A stretch of DNA of 64,000 bases from Candidatus Poribacteria bacterium (GCA_021295715.1 JAGWBV010000001.1:22632-86631); one strand, 5' to 3'. Positions 28,896 through 38,392 are shown, counted from the stretch's first letter. The notes: generated by a model not told the origin, from the letters alone. Numbers and translations are program-made.

Positions 28896-29177
28896 TAACC
28901 CAAGTTACCACCTATACTAAAGTTTAGGCAATGCCGTCTGTTTCGCATTGAGTTCTGAAGTATTTTTCATTTTTCTCTGGATTTTCACGGTAACGTAACT
29001 TGGTATCCCATATACCAATAATCGCAGCCCCAGCGGGGCGGAATGTTTATAGAAACGCGTCTCCACCCCTTCTTCGCAGCCCCAGCGGGGCGACATCTAT
29101 TACAATCTAAAAAAGTACGTGGCAAGTTCCAAAGGCAATTGGAGTTTATCGTTCGACTGAAACAGCAGCTTGGGTTC
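28896..29177 (+). mobile_element. Composite TIR element with twin hairpin units (copy E1)
   Basis: Left box taacccaagttaccacc 2 nt after a TGA stop; units gcagccccagcggggcggaatgtttatagaaac (29024-29056) and gcagccccagcggggcgacatctattacaatc (29076-29107); degenerate right box cagcttgggttc. Confidence 0.6.
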
Positions 29178-29206
29178 AAATAGAATCTAAACCAAAGGAA
29201 TCTTAT

Positions 29207-30556
29207 ATGTTCAGCACACAACTTGCCAAGCGCGCAGCGGAGAATAATCCGATCCGTGTCGGTATCATCGGTGCAGGGAAATTTGGTGCCGGACTGGTGG
29301 CGCAACTCTCACAGATGCAAGGTATGGTGGCAAGCGCAATCGCAGATATCGACTTGGGACACGCGAAAGGTGCCTATAAAGCCAGTAATATCCCATCCGA
29401 CGCAATTCAACAGGTCCGAAGCGTTGACGCGATGAACGATGCGATCCGAGACGGTAAACGGACAATCACTGAGGATGGACTTCACATTATTCAATCGGAT
29501 CTAATTGATGTCGTTGTGGAAGCCACCGGTATCCCTGAAGTCGGTGCTCGGATGGCGTATCATGCTTTGATGCATCGGAAGCATCTCGTGATGGTTAACG
29601 TCGAAACCGATGTGACTGTCGGTCCGTTTCTGAGACGCTTGGCAGATAACGCAGGGGTCGTCTATACACTCGTTGATGGCGATCAGCCCGGTGTGACAAT
29701 GAACATCGTTGAATGGTCGAAAACGCTCGGTTTTGAAATCGTCGCTGCCGGACGCGGCACCGTGTTCTATGACGATGACCGTATCGGGATACCAGATACC
29801 GTCCCGCAGCGATTCGGATTTAGTCAGGAACATATTGAGCGTCGCACGATTAACTTCAAGATGTTCAATTCGTTTCGGGATGGGTCGAAAGCACAGATTG
29901 AGATGACCTCCTTGGCAAACATGGCAGGACTACCACCGGACGTTCGCGGTATGCACGAACCCTCAGTGAACATTGAGGACATCGCCAAGGTCTTTAGCCT
30001 TCAAGAGGAGGAGGGTATCCTGAACCGACACGGGGTCGTTGAACTCGCAAACAGCATTGCGACCGATGGCAAGACGATGCTGAGAAACCCACTTCAGATG
30101 GGCGTATTCGTCGTCATTCGGACCGATCATCCGTTCACGCAGGAGGATCTTGCTGGCTACAATCTATATCCCGGAGGGAACGGAAAGAACTATCTCCTTT
30201 ATCGTCCGTATCACCTTGTGGCTGTTGAAGCACCGATTTCGATTGCCAAGGCTGCGCTCTATGGACAACCGACAGGTACACCGCTGCCGATACCTGTTGC
30301 GGATGTTGTCACGGTTGCCAAACGCGATTTGAAAGCCGGAGAAGTACTCGATGGAAGTGGTGGGTATACCGTCAATGGACTCATTGAAAAGGCAGAAATT
30401 GCACATGCTGAGAATCTGCTTCCCCTCGGTTTGGCTTACGATGTCAAACTCAAACGCGATGTTTCCCAAGGGGAAGCGATCTCTTATGATATGGTGGAAC
30501 TCAACGAAGCGTCTTTCGTCCTCAAACTCCGTCGCCTCCAAGACGCAACCTTCTAA
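29207..30556 (+). CDS. NAD(P)-binding homoserine-dehydrogenase-like oxidoreductase with SAF-like C-terminus
   Basis: Rossmann VGIIGAGKFG; C-terminal VAKRDLKAGEVLDGSGG (SAF-like); resembles COG4091-type proteins from memory. Confidence 0.6.
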   Translation: MFSTQLAKRAAENNPIRVGIIGAGKFGAGLVAQLSQMQGMVASAIADIDLGHAKGAYKASNIPSDAIQQVRSVDAMNDAIRDGKRTITEDGLHIIQSDLIDVVVEATGIPEVGARMAYHALMHRKHLVMVNVETDVTVGPFLRRLADNAGVVYTLVDGDQPGVTMNIVEWSKTLGFEIVAAGRGTVFYDDDRIGIPDTVPQRFGFSQEHIERRTINFKMFNSFRDGSKAQIEMTSLANMAGLPPDVRGMHEPSVNIEDIAKVFSLQEEEGILNRHGVVELANSIATDGKTMLRNPLQMGVFVVIRTDHPFTQEDLAGYNLYPGGNGKNYLLYRPYHLVAVEAPISIAKAALYGQPTGTPLPIPVADVVTVAKRDLKAGEVLDGSGGYTVNGLIEKAEIAHAENLLPLGLAYDVKLKRDVSQGEAISYDMVELNEASFVLKLRRLQDATF

Positions 30557-30585
30557 TCAAACACACAAACCCGTAACGAAGTGGA

Positions 30586-30604
30586 GGGTTTGCTTGGGTA
30601 TTTC
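30586..30604 (+). repeat. A-box dispersed repeat (shortened)
   Basis: gggtttgcttgggtatttc. Confidence 0.55.
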
Positions 30605-30650
30605 TACAGATATGAGAAACGCACGCCAAAGATGGAATACACGTTATTTC

Positions 30651-30671
30651 TCCGCAAGGAAAAATTGAAAG
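30651..30671 (+). repeat. SD/start module copy with no downstream gene
   Basis: tccgcaaggaaaaattgaaag lies between convergent genes, with an A-box and a cacgccaaag module upstream as in the ABC leaders. Confidence 0.6.
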
Positions 30672-30675
30672 TAGG

Positions 30676-31719
30676 TTATGCCCACGGATTCAGTACAACT
30701 TTACCACATTCGCCTGTCGCTTGCAATTCCCACGCTTTCTGTACGTCACGCATCGGGAAAGTGTGTGTGATAAACGTGTCTATCTGTTCGGGTGAATTTT
30801 GGATCATTTTTATCAATCTTGGATAGACACCGAGATTGTAGTGCCAATTCCCGCGCAGAACCAAACCTTTACGAATCATATCGCGGCTTGCACCCAGCGG
30901 AAAGTCCCCGCCTTCTCCAACAAACGTAACCTGCCCTTTTCTTCGAGCGGCATCAACCATCAACCGATGTGCTGCGGATGCCCCTGAGCAGTCCACTGCT
31001 TTGTCAACGCCGATTCCGTCCGTGAAATCGCTAATCTGGTCAAGGATATCCTCATCATTCGGATTCAAGACGAGGTCTGCGCCTAACTTTTTCGCAAGTT
31101 CGGCGCGATACGGATGGCTTTCAACACCGATGACACGTGCACCGCGGTACCGTCCATTGATAATCCCGCCAAGTCCAACAGGACCCAATCCAGTGACCAT
31201 GACTGTATCTAACGAATTGACCTGCATCTGTTCCATCGCACCGAAGGTCGGTCCCAATCCACAGCACGCCATCCCTGCATGTGTATAACTCACACCCTCT
31301 GGAATCGGGGATAACAAATCTTCCATTTTGTGCATATACTGGGCATAAGTCGCTGAAGCTGGGTCCGTCCCCAGAATTTCCCGGATGTTACGTCCGCTCT
31401 GACAGTGAATGTGTTCACCAATAGCACACATATGGCACGTCCCGCAAGAGTTCTGTGGCTGCACCACTACGCGGTCCCCTACCTTAACACGACCGGGTTG
31501 TGCGACTTCAACAACTTCCCCAGCGGCTTCGTGTCCAAAGTGTTCGCCAGTGCCTCCAGATATGAATCCTTTATATTCTGTGCACATTGGAACGGCGTGA
31601 ATTTTGACAACGACGACATCTCCTGCTGCCTGAGGGTCAGGTTTGTCTACCACGCCCCCCTTACTTTCACCAAACATTGCTGCAACCTGCATAAAAATAT
31701 AGTGACCCAGACTCTCCAC
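30676..31719 (-). CDS. Zinc-dependent alcohol dehydrogenase (MDR family)
   Basis: GHEAAGEVVEV, structural Zn loop CGTCHMCAIGEHIHC, Rossmann GLGPVG; the exact start is uncertain (several in-frame Met). Confidence 0.85.
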   Translation of the reverse strand: MESLGHYIFMQVAAMFGESKGGVVDKPDPQAAGDVVVVKIHAVPMCTEYKGFISGGTGEHFGHEAAGEVVEVAQPGRVKVGDRVVVQPQNSCGTCHMCAIGEHIHCQSGRNIREILGTDPASATYAQYMHKMEDLLSPIPEGVSYTHAGMACCGLGPTFGAMEQMQVNSLDTVMVTGLGPVGLGGIINGRYRGARVIGVESHPYRAELAKKLGADLVLNPNDEDILDQISDFTDGIGVDKAVDCSGASAAHRLMVDAARRKGQVTFVGEGGDFPLGASRDMIRKGLVLRGNWHYNLGVYPRLIKMIQNSPEQIDTFITHTFPMRDVQKAWELQATGECGKVVLNPWA

Positions 31720-31866
31720 GGTCCGCTATAGACTGACAAGGTTTGTTATGGAGAGAAAAGGTCCTCCTCCTTCTAAAAAGTATTGCTTAGGACAGGATAG
31801 CACAGACACGGATAATCGGTCAAGACATATCTTCGAGGTTCCGCGATTTCTGAGGCGATTGAGAAT

Positions 31867-31896
31867 TTGACAACCCGTCCATAATCGTGATAAAAT
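31867..31896 (+). promoter_or_regulatory. Strong candidate sigma-70 promoter with extended -10
   Basis: TTGACA - 18 nt - TAAAAT preceded by TGa; about 250 nt upstream of the PhyH ATG. Confidence 0.6.
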
Positions 31897-31997
31897 TACT
31901 GATAGTTGCCCTTGACATAATTTGTTGTACTTTACTTATGGCAACATGCCAACCGAAAACCAAGTTCGGAATGAAATTGAAGGCGTGTCAAGCTATT

Positions 31998-32140
31998 AGT
32001 CCGCGTCATTCACCCGCAAGGTATAATTGGAAGTTCGGTTCTTTACCACAACAGTCAAAGCCGTAGCCCGTAATGTAATGGAGGGCGGATTTGAGAAAGG
32101 AATATTCGGGTTGAAGTCCGCGTCATTCACCCGCAAGGTA
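31998..32140 (+). repeat. 26-nt perfect direct repeat pair in the PhyH leader
   Basis: agtccgcgtcattcacccgcaaggta at 31998-32023 and 32115-32140 (117-nt period). Confidence 0.8.
32064..32090 (+). repeat. TAGCCCGTAATGWAATGGAGGGCGGAT module
   Basis: 26/27 identical to the reverse complement of 62669-62695; looser relatives (cgtagcctgca...ggcgcaggcggat) at about 16425 and 18430. Confidence 0.75.
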
Positions 32141-32155
32141 AATTAAAAAATGACA
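32130..32155 (+). promoter_or_regulatory. Shared translation-initiation module (second copy)
   Basis: cccgcaaggtaaattaaaaaATGaca in front of the PhyH gene. Confidence 0.7.
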
Positions 32156-32884
32156 CCTGAACAAAAAACGTTTTATCAAGAGAATGGGTATCTCATTCTT
32201 GAAAATGTCTTCTCGTCAGAAGAGTGTCAACGTTTTGTTGAGCACATGGAAGACCTTCACGCAGGACGTAAGCACCTTGAAGGGTTCTTTCAACAGGATA
32301 AATACGGGTCTCGAACCTTTAATCAGCACCTCTACGACCAGTGGGTATTGGATCTACTTATCGATCCGCGTATACATCAACCGCTTACGGACTGTTTTGG
32401 TGGTGAACCGGAAGGCATTCAAACGATGCATTTTTATGAAGGATCGGAGCATCCGCTGCATCAAGACCAGTATTATCTACCCGATTGCATGTCAGCATGG
32501 ATGGCGATGGTAAGTGTCGATGAAAACAATGGACCGCTGATCGTCCAGCCCGGTTCCAATAGAGGCAGATTGATTACGAAAAGTGATGTGCCCATGGCGT
32601 TGCTCCCTGGGGAAACATACGAGTTGCAACAACACAACCGCTATTTCCCAGCCGTCAGACAGGTCGTTCGCGAAAACGGAACCGATGTAGTTCAGGTCAT
32701 GGTGAACGCTGGTGATGTAATTCTGTTTGATGGGAAGTTAATCCACGGCGGCGCGCAGATTTTGAAACCCGGAACACGTAGACATGCCTTGGCGTGCCAT
32801 TATATTCCTTACGCCTCCGAAAACTGGGAACGCGATTGGCCCAGATTCTCATTCGATGGCAGTCGTCGGGTTCATTATCAATAA
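32150..32884 (+). CDS. Phytanoyl-CoA dioxygenase (PhyH) family Fe(II)/2OG oxygenase
   Basis: HPLHQD (HxD) and distal His in KLIHGG; 244 aa. Confidence 0.8.
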   Translation: MTPEQKTFYQENGYLILENVFSSEECQRFVEHMEDLHAGRKHLEGFFQQDKYGSRTFNQHLYDQWVLDLLIDPRIHQPLTDCFGGEPEGIQTMHFYEGSEHPLHQDQYYLPDCMSAWMAMVSVDENNGPLIVQPGSNRGRLITKSDVPMALLPGETYELQQHNRYFPAVRQVVRENGTDVVQVMVNAGDVILFDGKLIHGGAQILKPGTRRHALACHYIPYASENWERDWPRFSFDGSRRVHYQ

Positions 32885-32898
32885 CCCAAGTTGCCACC
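32881..32898 (+). repeat. Solo AACCCAAGTTGCCAC box containing the PhyH stop codon
   Basis: aTAAcccaagttgccacc; TAA at 32882-32884 is the stop of the 32150-32884 gene. Confidence 0.65.
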
Positions 32899-33213
32899 TT
32901 TCCTTAAGTGCGTCTGTTCCTTGATCTATTGGGCATAGGAAGACATAAATATTGAAAAAAATGTTGTGATGAATATAATGGTCTTTGTATGGTTTTTGAT
33001 TGCGTAACAATTTAAGCAAGTTTCAATATTGAAATTGTGTTTTTGATTCCAAAATTGGTTGGAAGATTGGAAGCATGGAAATTTGGAAAATAGCGGATAC
33101 GCGGTTTCTTCCACCCTTCCTCTGCTTTCACCGTTCCTCAAAACCTGATATTGATTTCTTAATATTGCTTATAGTGAATTCTAAAAATGAATAGACACTT
33201 TTACCCCCCGGTA

Positions 33214-33234
33214 GGTGCGGTTTCCTAACCGCAC
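33214..33234 (+). repeat. TTCCTA-loop hairpin repeat (stem variant 2)
   Basis: ggtgcggtttcctaaccgcac: arms gtgcggt/accgcac, loop ttccta. Confidence 0.7.
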
Positions 33235-33295
33235 GGGTTTGGAGTGTCTCATTAATTCTAAGATCCACTATAGTTTAAAATAGGGAGAAAAGATA

Positions 33296-35923
33296 ATGCG
33301 ATGCCAATTGATTTTTGGGATCTGTTTAATGCTAATAGGTGGTTATTGCTTTTCGGTATCAGCCCAAGAAGCAACACAACCTGCGAAATCTGCTGCGACA
33401 CAGGAAGCACCCGCAAAAAAGAAAAAAGAGTTTGAGGATTTTAGTAAGGTCACTGAAGATAGCAAAAGTTATGACGGTTTCTTCAAATTATATCAAAAAA
33501 AAGAGAACCTCTATTGCGAAATTCAGCCATCACAATTGGACAAGCCGTTTCTCTGTATGATTAGCGTTGCGCGCGGCTTGGGACAAGGATTCCTGCTTTC
33601 AGGGATGACGCTGGAAGAGTGGATGCTCGTCTGGCGGCGGGTCGGTGATAATGTACATCTGGTGCGAAAAAATGTGCGTTTCCGTGCGAAGGAAGGGACA
33701 CCGATTGCGGAAGCGGTTGACTTGGGGCATAACGACTCCGTGCTGTTTTCACTCAAAATTGAAAGCATCCACCCACAACGGAAGAGCGTGCTAGTGAACA
33801 TCTCTCCTGTTTTTATATCCGACCTACCGCCGCTGGCACGCAGGATTGCTCCTGATGCCCGCTTCGACAAAACGCGTAGCACGTGGGGAGCGGTCAAGGC
33901 GTTTCCCAAAAACGTTGAGTTGAAAGTCAATGCTGTATACAGTTCAGAAAGGAATATGAGCACCATTCCGGACAGTCGTGGTATCCAGTTGACCCTGCAC
34001 TACAGCCTCGCGGGACTTCCAGAAAACAATTATCGTCCCCGATTGGCTGATGATCGCCTCGGACATTTTATGACGGCGGTCAAAGACTATTCGTCTCGAA
34101 CCAGCGATGCCCCTTTTATCCGGTATGTCAACCGCTGGCATTTGGAGAAAGCGGACAAAGATGCGAAACTGTCGCCACCGAAAGAACCGATTATCTTCTA
34201 TATCGAGAAAACAGTGCCACACCGCTTTCGTCCTTACGTCCGACAGGGGATTCTGGAATGGAACAAGGCATTTGAAAAAATAGGATTTGCCGATGCCATT
34301 GAAGCACGTATTCAGCAAGACCATGAGGACTGGGACCCTGAAGATGCACGGTATAACACGATTCGTTGGATGGTTGGCGCAGGGTTCGCAATCGGTCCGT
34401 CTCGCGTGAACCCGTTGACAGGCCAGATTTTGGATGCCGATATCCTTATCGGTGAGAGCTGGATCCGGTACTGGCAACGAGAGTATATGACCTTCTTTGA
34501 TGAAGTGGCGTATGAACGCGACCACCCTATGGACCACTCTTCACGATTCCAATGTCAGATCGCCTCCGGCTTGGCGCGGCAGATGGGCTTTATGGCGAGT
34601 GTCCTACAGGCACGGGGGTTGACTGACGAAGACGGCGAACTACCAGAGGAATTCATTGGACAAGCACTCAAGACTTTAACGATGCACGAAGTCGGACATA
34701 CGTTGGGATTCCGCCACAACTTTAAAGCGAGCACGATCTTCTCCCTTGAAGACCTAAATAAAAAGAAGAACGAAGCACTTATCGGTTCCGTTATGGAATA
34801 CGATGCTGTGAATATCGCGCCTGAAGGTCAAGAACAGGGAGATTACTATACAAAGACAATCGGACCTTGGGATTACTGGGTGGTCGAGTACGCCTATAAA
34901 CCGATCGATGCAAGCAAACCCGAAGGTGAATTGAAAGCGTTAGGTGAGATCGCTTCCCGTGTTGCGACATCAGACCTCACCTACGGAACAGATGAGGATG
35001 CTTATGGGTATCGCTTCAGAGACCTCGATCCACTGGTAAATCGGTGGGACCTCGGTGATGATCCGCTCGCGTTTGCCAGGCAACGGCGCGAGGTCGTTGT
35101 GGGACTCTGGGATAAGATTGCCGACAAAGTTACGAAAGAAGGAATGGGCTATCAGCGTGTCAGGCGCGCCTTCGGGAGTCTGCTGTTTGAACACGGTTTC
35201 ACGATGTACCTCGCAAGCCGATACATCGGTGGGCAGTATCACCATCGCGATCATCGCGGTGATGAGAATGGTCGTTTACCCTTCGTGCCTGTGCCAGCCG
35301 CAAAACAACGCGAGGCACTCCAATTCATCAAAGAACATGCCCTTTCGGATAAAGCCTTCAGTTTCTCGCCTGAATTACTCAATAGCTTGGCAATCACCCG
35401 TTGGAGTGATTGGGGTGGAGATAGTTGGAACTCCTTACGTTTCGATTATCCCGTGCATGATGTCATTCTCCGAAACCAAACCCTTATCTTGGAACGGTTG
35501 CTTTATCCGACGATCCTCTCACGTGTTCAGGACACAGAACTCAAGTTTGCTAAGAGTGAGGATGCGTTTACGCTGCCGGAGCTCTTTTCAGGCATTACGG
35601 ATGCGGTCTGGGTTGAACTCGGAAGGGATGCGGGTGCAAAGCAGTGGTCGAATTCGGATGCGTTCATCTCCAGTTTCCGTCGCGGTTTGCAGCGTGAACA
35701 CTTGAAGCAACTCATCAAACTGGTGTTGGAAGCCGACACTGGCACGCCGGAGGATGCAAGATCGCTTGCACGCCTGCACCTCGGACAAATCAACAGTAAG
35801 ATACAGCGCGCGCTTCAAAATGCCAGAGGCACTCTTGACGATTACAGTTTTGCGCACCTTGAAGAATCGCAGGTCCGAGTCGAGAAAGCGTTGGATGCCA
35901 GTTTCCGAGTCGAGAAACGTTAG
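33296..35923 (+). CDS. Secreted zinc-dependent metalloprotease (DUF5117/DUF4953-type)
   Basis: Signal peptide; zincin motif HEVGHTLGFRHN; 875 aa. Confidence 0.8.
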   Translation: MRCQLIFGICLMLIGGYCFSVSAQEATQPAKSAATQEAPAKKKKEFEDFSKVTEDSKSYDGFFKLYQKKENLYCEIQPSQLDKPFLCMISVARGLGQGFLLSGMTLEEWMLVWRRVGDNVHLVRKNVRFRAKEGTPIAEAVDLGHNDSVLFSLKIESIHPQRKSVLVNISPVFISDLPPLARRIAPDARFDKTRSTWGAVKAFPKNVELKVNAVYSSERNMSTIPDSRGIQLTLHYSLAGLPENNYRPRLADDRLGHFMTAVKDYSSRTSDAPFIRYVNRWHLEKADKDAKLSPPKEPIIFYIEKTVPHRFRPYVRQGILEWNKAFEKIGFADAIEARIQQDHEDWDPEDARYNTIRWMVGAGFAIGPSRVNPLTGQILDADILIGESWIRYWQREYMTFFDEVAYERDHPMDHSSRFQCQIASGLARQMGFMASVLQARGLTDEDGELPEEFIGQALKTLTMHEVGHTLGFRHNFKASTIFSLEDLNKKKNEALIGSVMEYDAVNIAPEGQEQGDYYTKTIGPWDYWVVEYAYKPIDASKPEGELKALGEIASRVATSDLTYGTDEDAYGYRFRDLDPLVNRWDLGDDPLAFARQRREVVVGLWDKIADKVTKEGMGYQRVRRAFGSLLFEHGFTMYLASRYIGGQYHHRDHRGDENGRLPFVPVPAAKQREALQFIKEHALSDKAFSFSPELLNSLAITRWSDWGGDSWNSLRFDYPVHDVILRNQTLILERLLYPTILSRVQDTELKFAKSEDAFTLPELFSGITDAVWVELGRDAGAKQWSNSDAFISSFRRGLQREHLKQLIKLVLEADTGTPEDARSLARLHLGQINSKIQRALQNARGTLDDYSFAHLEESQVRVEKALDASFRVEKR

Positions 35924-35974
35924 ATGACGCTATATTTTCGGTTAGGATTCCTATAAACCAATATGTCTCTTGGC

Positions 35975-35997
35975 GGGTGTTTTGCTTGGGGATTTTT
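35975..35997 (+). repeat. A-box dispersed repeat
   Basis: gggtgttttgcttggggattttt, preceded by a ttttcggtt module as in the other copies. Confidence 0.65.
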
Positions 35998-36182
35998 GCG
36001 GATTTCCCCTTGTAACCCCGCCAATTTTTTGATATATAGGTGATTCTATATTTAACTGAGGATCGTCCGTTATTTGCTGCGTTTTTGTACCGCAAACTGT
36101 TAGTTTGCGGGAAATCACCAGACACAATCTAAGTGAAGTTTCAGTATTTAAATCGATAATTCCTCAAGGGTTTCCTCTTGCT

Positions 36183-36236
36183 GTAGGAGCGAGTGTTTTG
36201 CTTGGGTGTTTCCCGCATGCTCGCGATTCCTACGCG
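36183..36236 (+). repeat. A-box embedded in a GTAGGAGCGAG...CTCGCGATTCCTAC hairpin
   Basis: gtaggagcgagtgttttgcttgggtgtttcccgcatgctcgcgattcctac; the arms gtagg/cctac and gcgag/ctcgc are complementary. Confidence 0.7.
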
Positions 36237-36340
36237 GGGGTTGACACAAATCATTACCGAATTATTTTTTTATCTTCATTTATGGTGAATTATGAAAATA
36301 AGTTTACATTTCAATAGAAGCAAAACCCGTCCACACCGCT

Positions 36341-36362
36341 GGCGAGGTTTCCTAACCTCGCC
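36341..36362 (+). repeat. TTCCTA-loop hairpin repeat (stem variant 1)
   Basis: ggcgaggtttcctaacctcgcc: 8-bp perfect stem, loop ttccta. Confidence 0.75.
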
Positions 36363-36473
36363 GTTAGAGTGTATAAGTAATTCTAAAATCTACCATAGTT
36401 TGTGTCGTTCGCTAGGCAACTCACAGTTGGCACGACAATCGTGTAAAAGTAATTATGGACTTTACTATAATCA

Positions 36474-37232
36474 ATGCCTAACAGAAATGAGTCAGAACCC
36501 TTGATACAATACGCAAAAGAATTCCTAACATTACAGGTTAGATTCGCCCAGAAAATCGCTGAAGTCTCTCATCAAGCACTAAAAGACGTACTAATGGACC
36601 ACACGATATTGCCAGTGCTGTTTAACTTACGACTCTCCGACGATATTCCCAATCCACTGTGGGATGCGTTCATCGAAGGTCTCTGCATGTCCGATAACCC
36701 TGAAGATTGGACATACGACTTCTATCTCCAACGCATAGCTGTGGAGCCAGACCCTTCCGACAAGCGGCAAGTTTTTGGGTGTTTCTCCTACATCTATCCA
36801 TGGCGCAACACAAAAAAACTCCGAATCCACTTTGACAATCGCGAAACCTCTGAATACGGGGTATTGAGCGAGGAGAGAATGACACTCCGAAAATCGGAAT
36901 TATCAACGATGTTCCGATACATCCAAGCAAACCATCCCGATGTAGAAATGGTACGCGGTGGTTCGTGGCTTTACAACATTCCAGTCTATCTCAGACTCTT
37001 TCCACCTGACTATGTAAAGACCGCAAAACCCAGCGGTTATAAAACTGAAGTCTGGGGATTGTGGGGGCAATTTATCGCCCACAAAGGATCCATTCGCCAA
37101 CCTGCCGCTACACAATTCTTGGAATGTCTCAACAAGCAAAAAACGGTTGAGGACTGCCTTCAATGTTTTCCATACCAAGTGTTGACACCTGAATGTCCGA
37201 TTGAGAAATTCTATAATTTCTATAATTTATGA
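36474..37232 (+). CDS. Hypothetical protein
   Basis: 252-aa ORF with ordinary composition and no recognised motif; start uncertain. Confidence 0.45.
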   Translation: MPNRNESEPLIQYAKEFLTLQVRFAQKIAEVSHQALKDVLMDHTILPVLFNLRLSDDIPNPLWDAFIEGLCMSDNPEDWTYDFYLQRIAVEPDPSDKRQVFGCFSYIYPWRNTKKLRIHFDNRETSEYGVLSEERMTLRKSELSTMFRYIQANHPDVEMVRGGSWLYNIPVYLRLFPPDYVKTAKPSGYKTEVWGLWGQFIAHKGSIRQPAATQFLECLNKQKTVEDCLQCFPYQVLTPECPIEKFYNFYNL

Positions 37233-37366
37233 ATCTCAAATGTTGGTCTTTCATCGTCCACGTAAGTTGTCATTTTCTTGTGCTTAACAGGTAGTTGGGT
37301 ATATTTAAGTGAGAGTGGCTCATAAATGGAATAGATTCAAGGCACTGAAGATAAGCCTTTAAGTTT

Positions 37367-37387
37367 GTAGTAGGACGATTCATCGCC
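37367..37387 (+). repeat. GTAGTAGGACRATTCAT box
   Basis: gtagtaggacgattcatcgcc versus gtagtaggacaattcattgtc at 61041-61061 (18/21). Confidence 0.55.
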
Positions 37388-37449
37388 CGTCGTAAAGCAA
37401 AAACGCGTAGTGAATTACACTATTACAAACAAAAAATTAGGAGGAACAG

Positions 37450-38376
37450 ATGGAAATTATCCAATACACACCTGATATGCAAGAACCTTTAACCCAATTT
37501 TACAACCGTATGACCGCCAACGTCCCGCATTGCTATCCAGTAAAAGAGGAAGAATTTGCGATTGCAATGCACCGAATTACAGCCGACAAAGCCGATATAA
37601 AGGATGATGGCCTCGATTCCGAAGCTGCCTTTATCGCGGTAGCGGACGGTGTTATACAGGCGTTTATTCACGTTGGTATCAGTCGATCTGAAGAAAATAG
37701 GGAGGAGAAATTAGGTGTTATCCGGTTTTTCGCTTACGAACGCGGGGCACGGCGTATTGGACAAGCCGTACTGGAAACAGCGGAGGCGCATCTGAAAACG
37801 TTTAACGTTTCCCAAATTTCCGCTTTCCCACAGGAATGTCAGTATCGTTTCTATCATTTTGAACACGCCTATCTATCCGATGCGCTGGATCAAGTTCAAG
37901 GGCTCCTCGGATTTAACGGATACCGACGTTCGAGTGGCGAGGTGTTTTTAGATTGGGAAGACTATTCCGTTACACCCATCCCTTCAAGTCTACCGGTAAA
38001 GCTTTCTGTCGAATGGAAGGACGGACGCGGACAATTCCCAAATTGCACCGTGCTCGCGCACCAAAACGGTGAACAGGTCGGTATCTGTGAATCCCTCTGC
38101 GGCGGTGAGTTCTCAAGCCACACCGATGCACAAGTTTGGCTTCATACGACGTGGCTCGGTATTGAGGACGATTTTCAGGGGAAGGGTTTAGGACGTTACC
38201 TACTCCAATACGCACTTCAAGAGATGAAGAAAATCGGATACCGACACGCAGCGATTAGTACCGCTTGGGATAACCACCGAGCGTTCCTCTTTTACAGCAA
38301 CTGCGGGTATCGGACCGTAGATTGGACCTACGAATTCGTCAGAGATCTCTCCGAAGCACCAACACAGAAGTGGTAG
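37450..38376 (+). CDS. Two-domain GNAT family N-acetyltransferase
   Basis: C-terminal motif A FQGKGLGRYLL, FYSNCGY motif B; aggagg SD. Confidence 0.7.
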   Translation: MEIIQYTPDMQEPLTQFYNRMTANVPHCYPVKEEEFAIAMHRITADKADIKDDGLDSEAAFIAVADGVIQAFIHVGISRSEENREEKLGVIRFFAYERGARRIGQAVLETAEAHLKTFNVSQISAFPQECQYRFYHFEHAYLSDALDQVQGLLGFNGYRRSSGEVFLDWEDYSVTPIPSSLPVKLSVEWKDGRGQFPNCTVLAHQNGEQVGICESLCGGEFSSHTDAQVWLHTTWLGIEDDFQGKGLGRYLLQYALQEMKKIGYRHAAISTAWDNHRAFLFYSNCGYRTVDWTYEFVRDLSEAPTQKW

Positions 38377-38392
38377 TCTGTAATTCAGGCAA

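Noticed and set aside
29024-29107. Twin 33-nt hairpin repeats (also 41084-41167 and 62821-62911) as CRISPR arrays
   Set aside because: Each locus has only two units. The intervening sequence is about 18-20 nt, too short for spacers. The units lie inside elements with inverted ends at three dispersed loci, and no cas genes are in the window. Kept as a repeat/mobile-element finding instead.
28985-29305. 106-aa minus-strand ORF
   Set aside because: It is composed almost entirely of the E1 repeat element and overlaps the well-supported 29207 gene start. It has no SD.
33944-34537. Long antisense or alternate-frame ORFs inside confident genes (also 9183-9704, 13240-13671, 14398-14817, 35055-35705, 53894-54334, 60476-60949, 62202-62696)
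   Set aside because: Each lies entirely within a gene that has clear family motifs on the other strand or frame. Their translations are Arg/Ser/Cys-rich and domain-free, which is typical of shadow ORFs.
36466-36476. TATAAT 2 nt upstream of the 36474 ATG as a promoter for a leaderless mRNA
   Set aside because: The spacing is too short for the transcript to include this ATG, and there is no convincing -35. The true start of the hypothetical gene remains uncertain.
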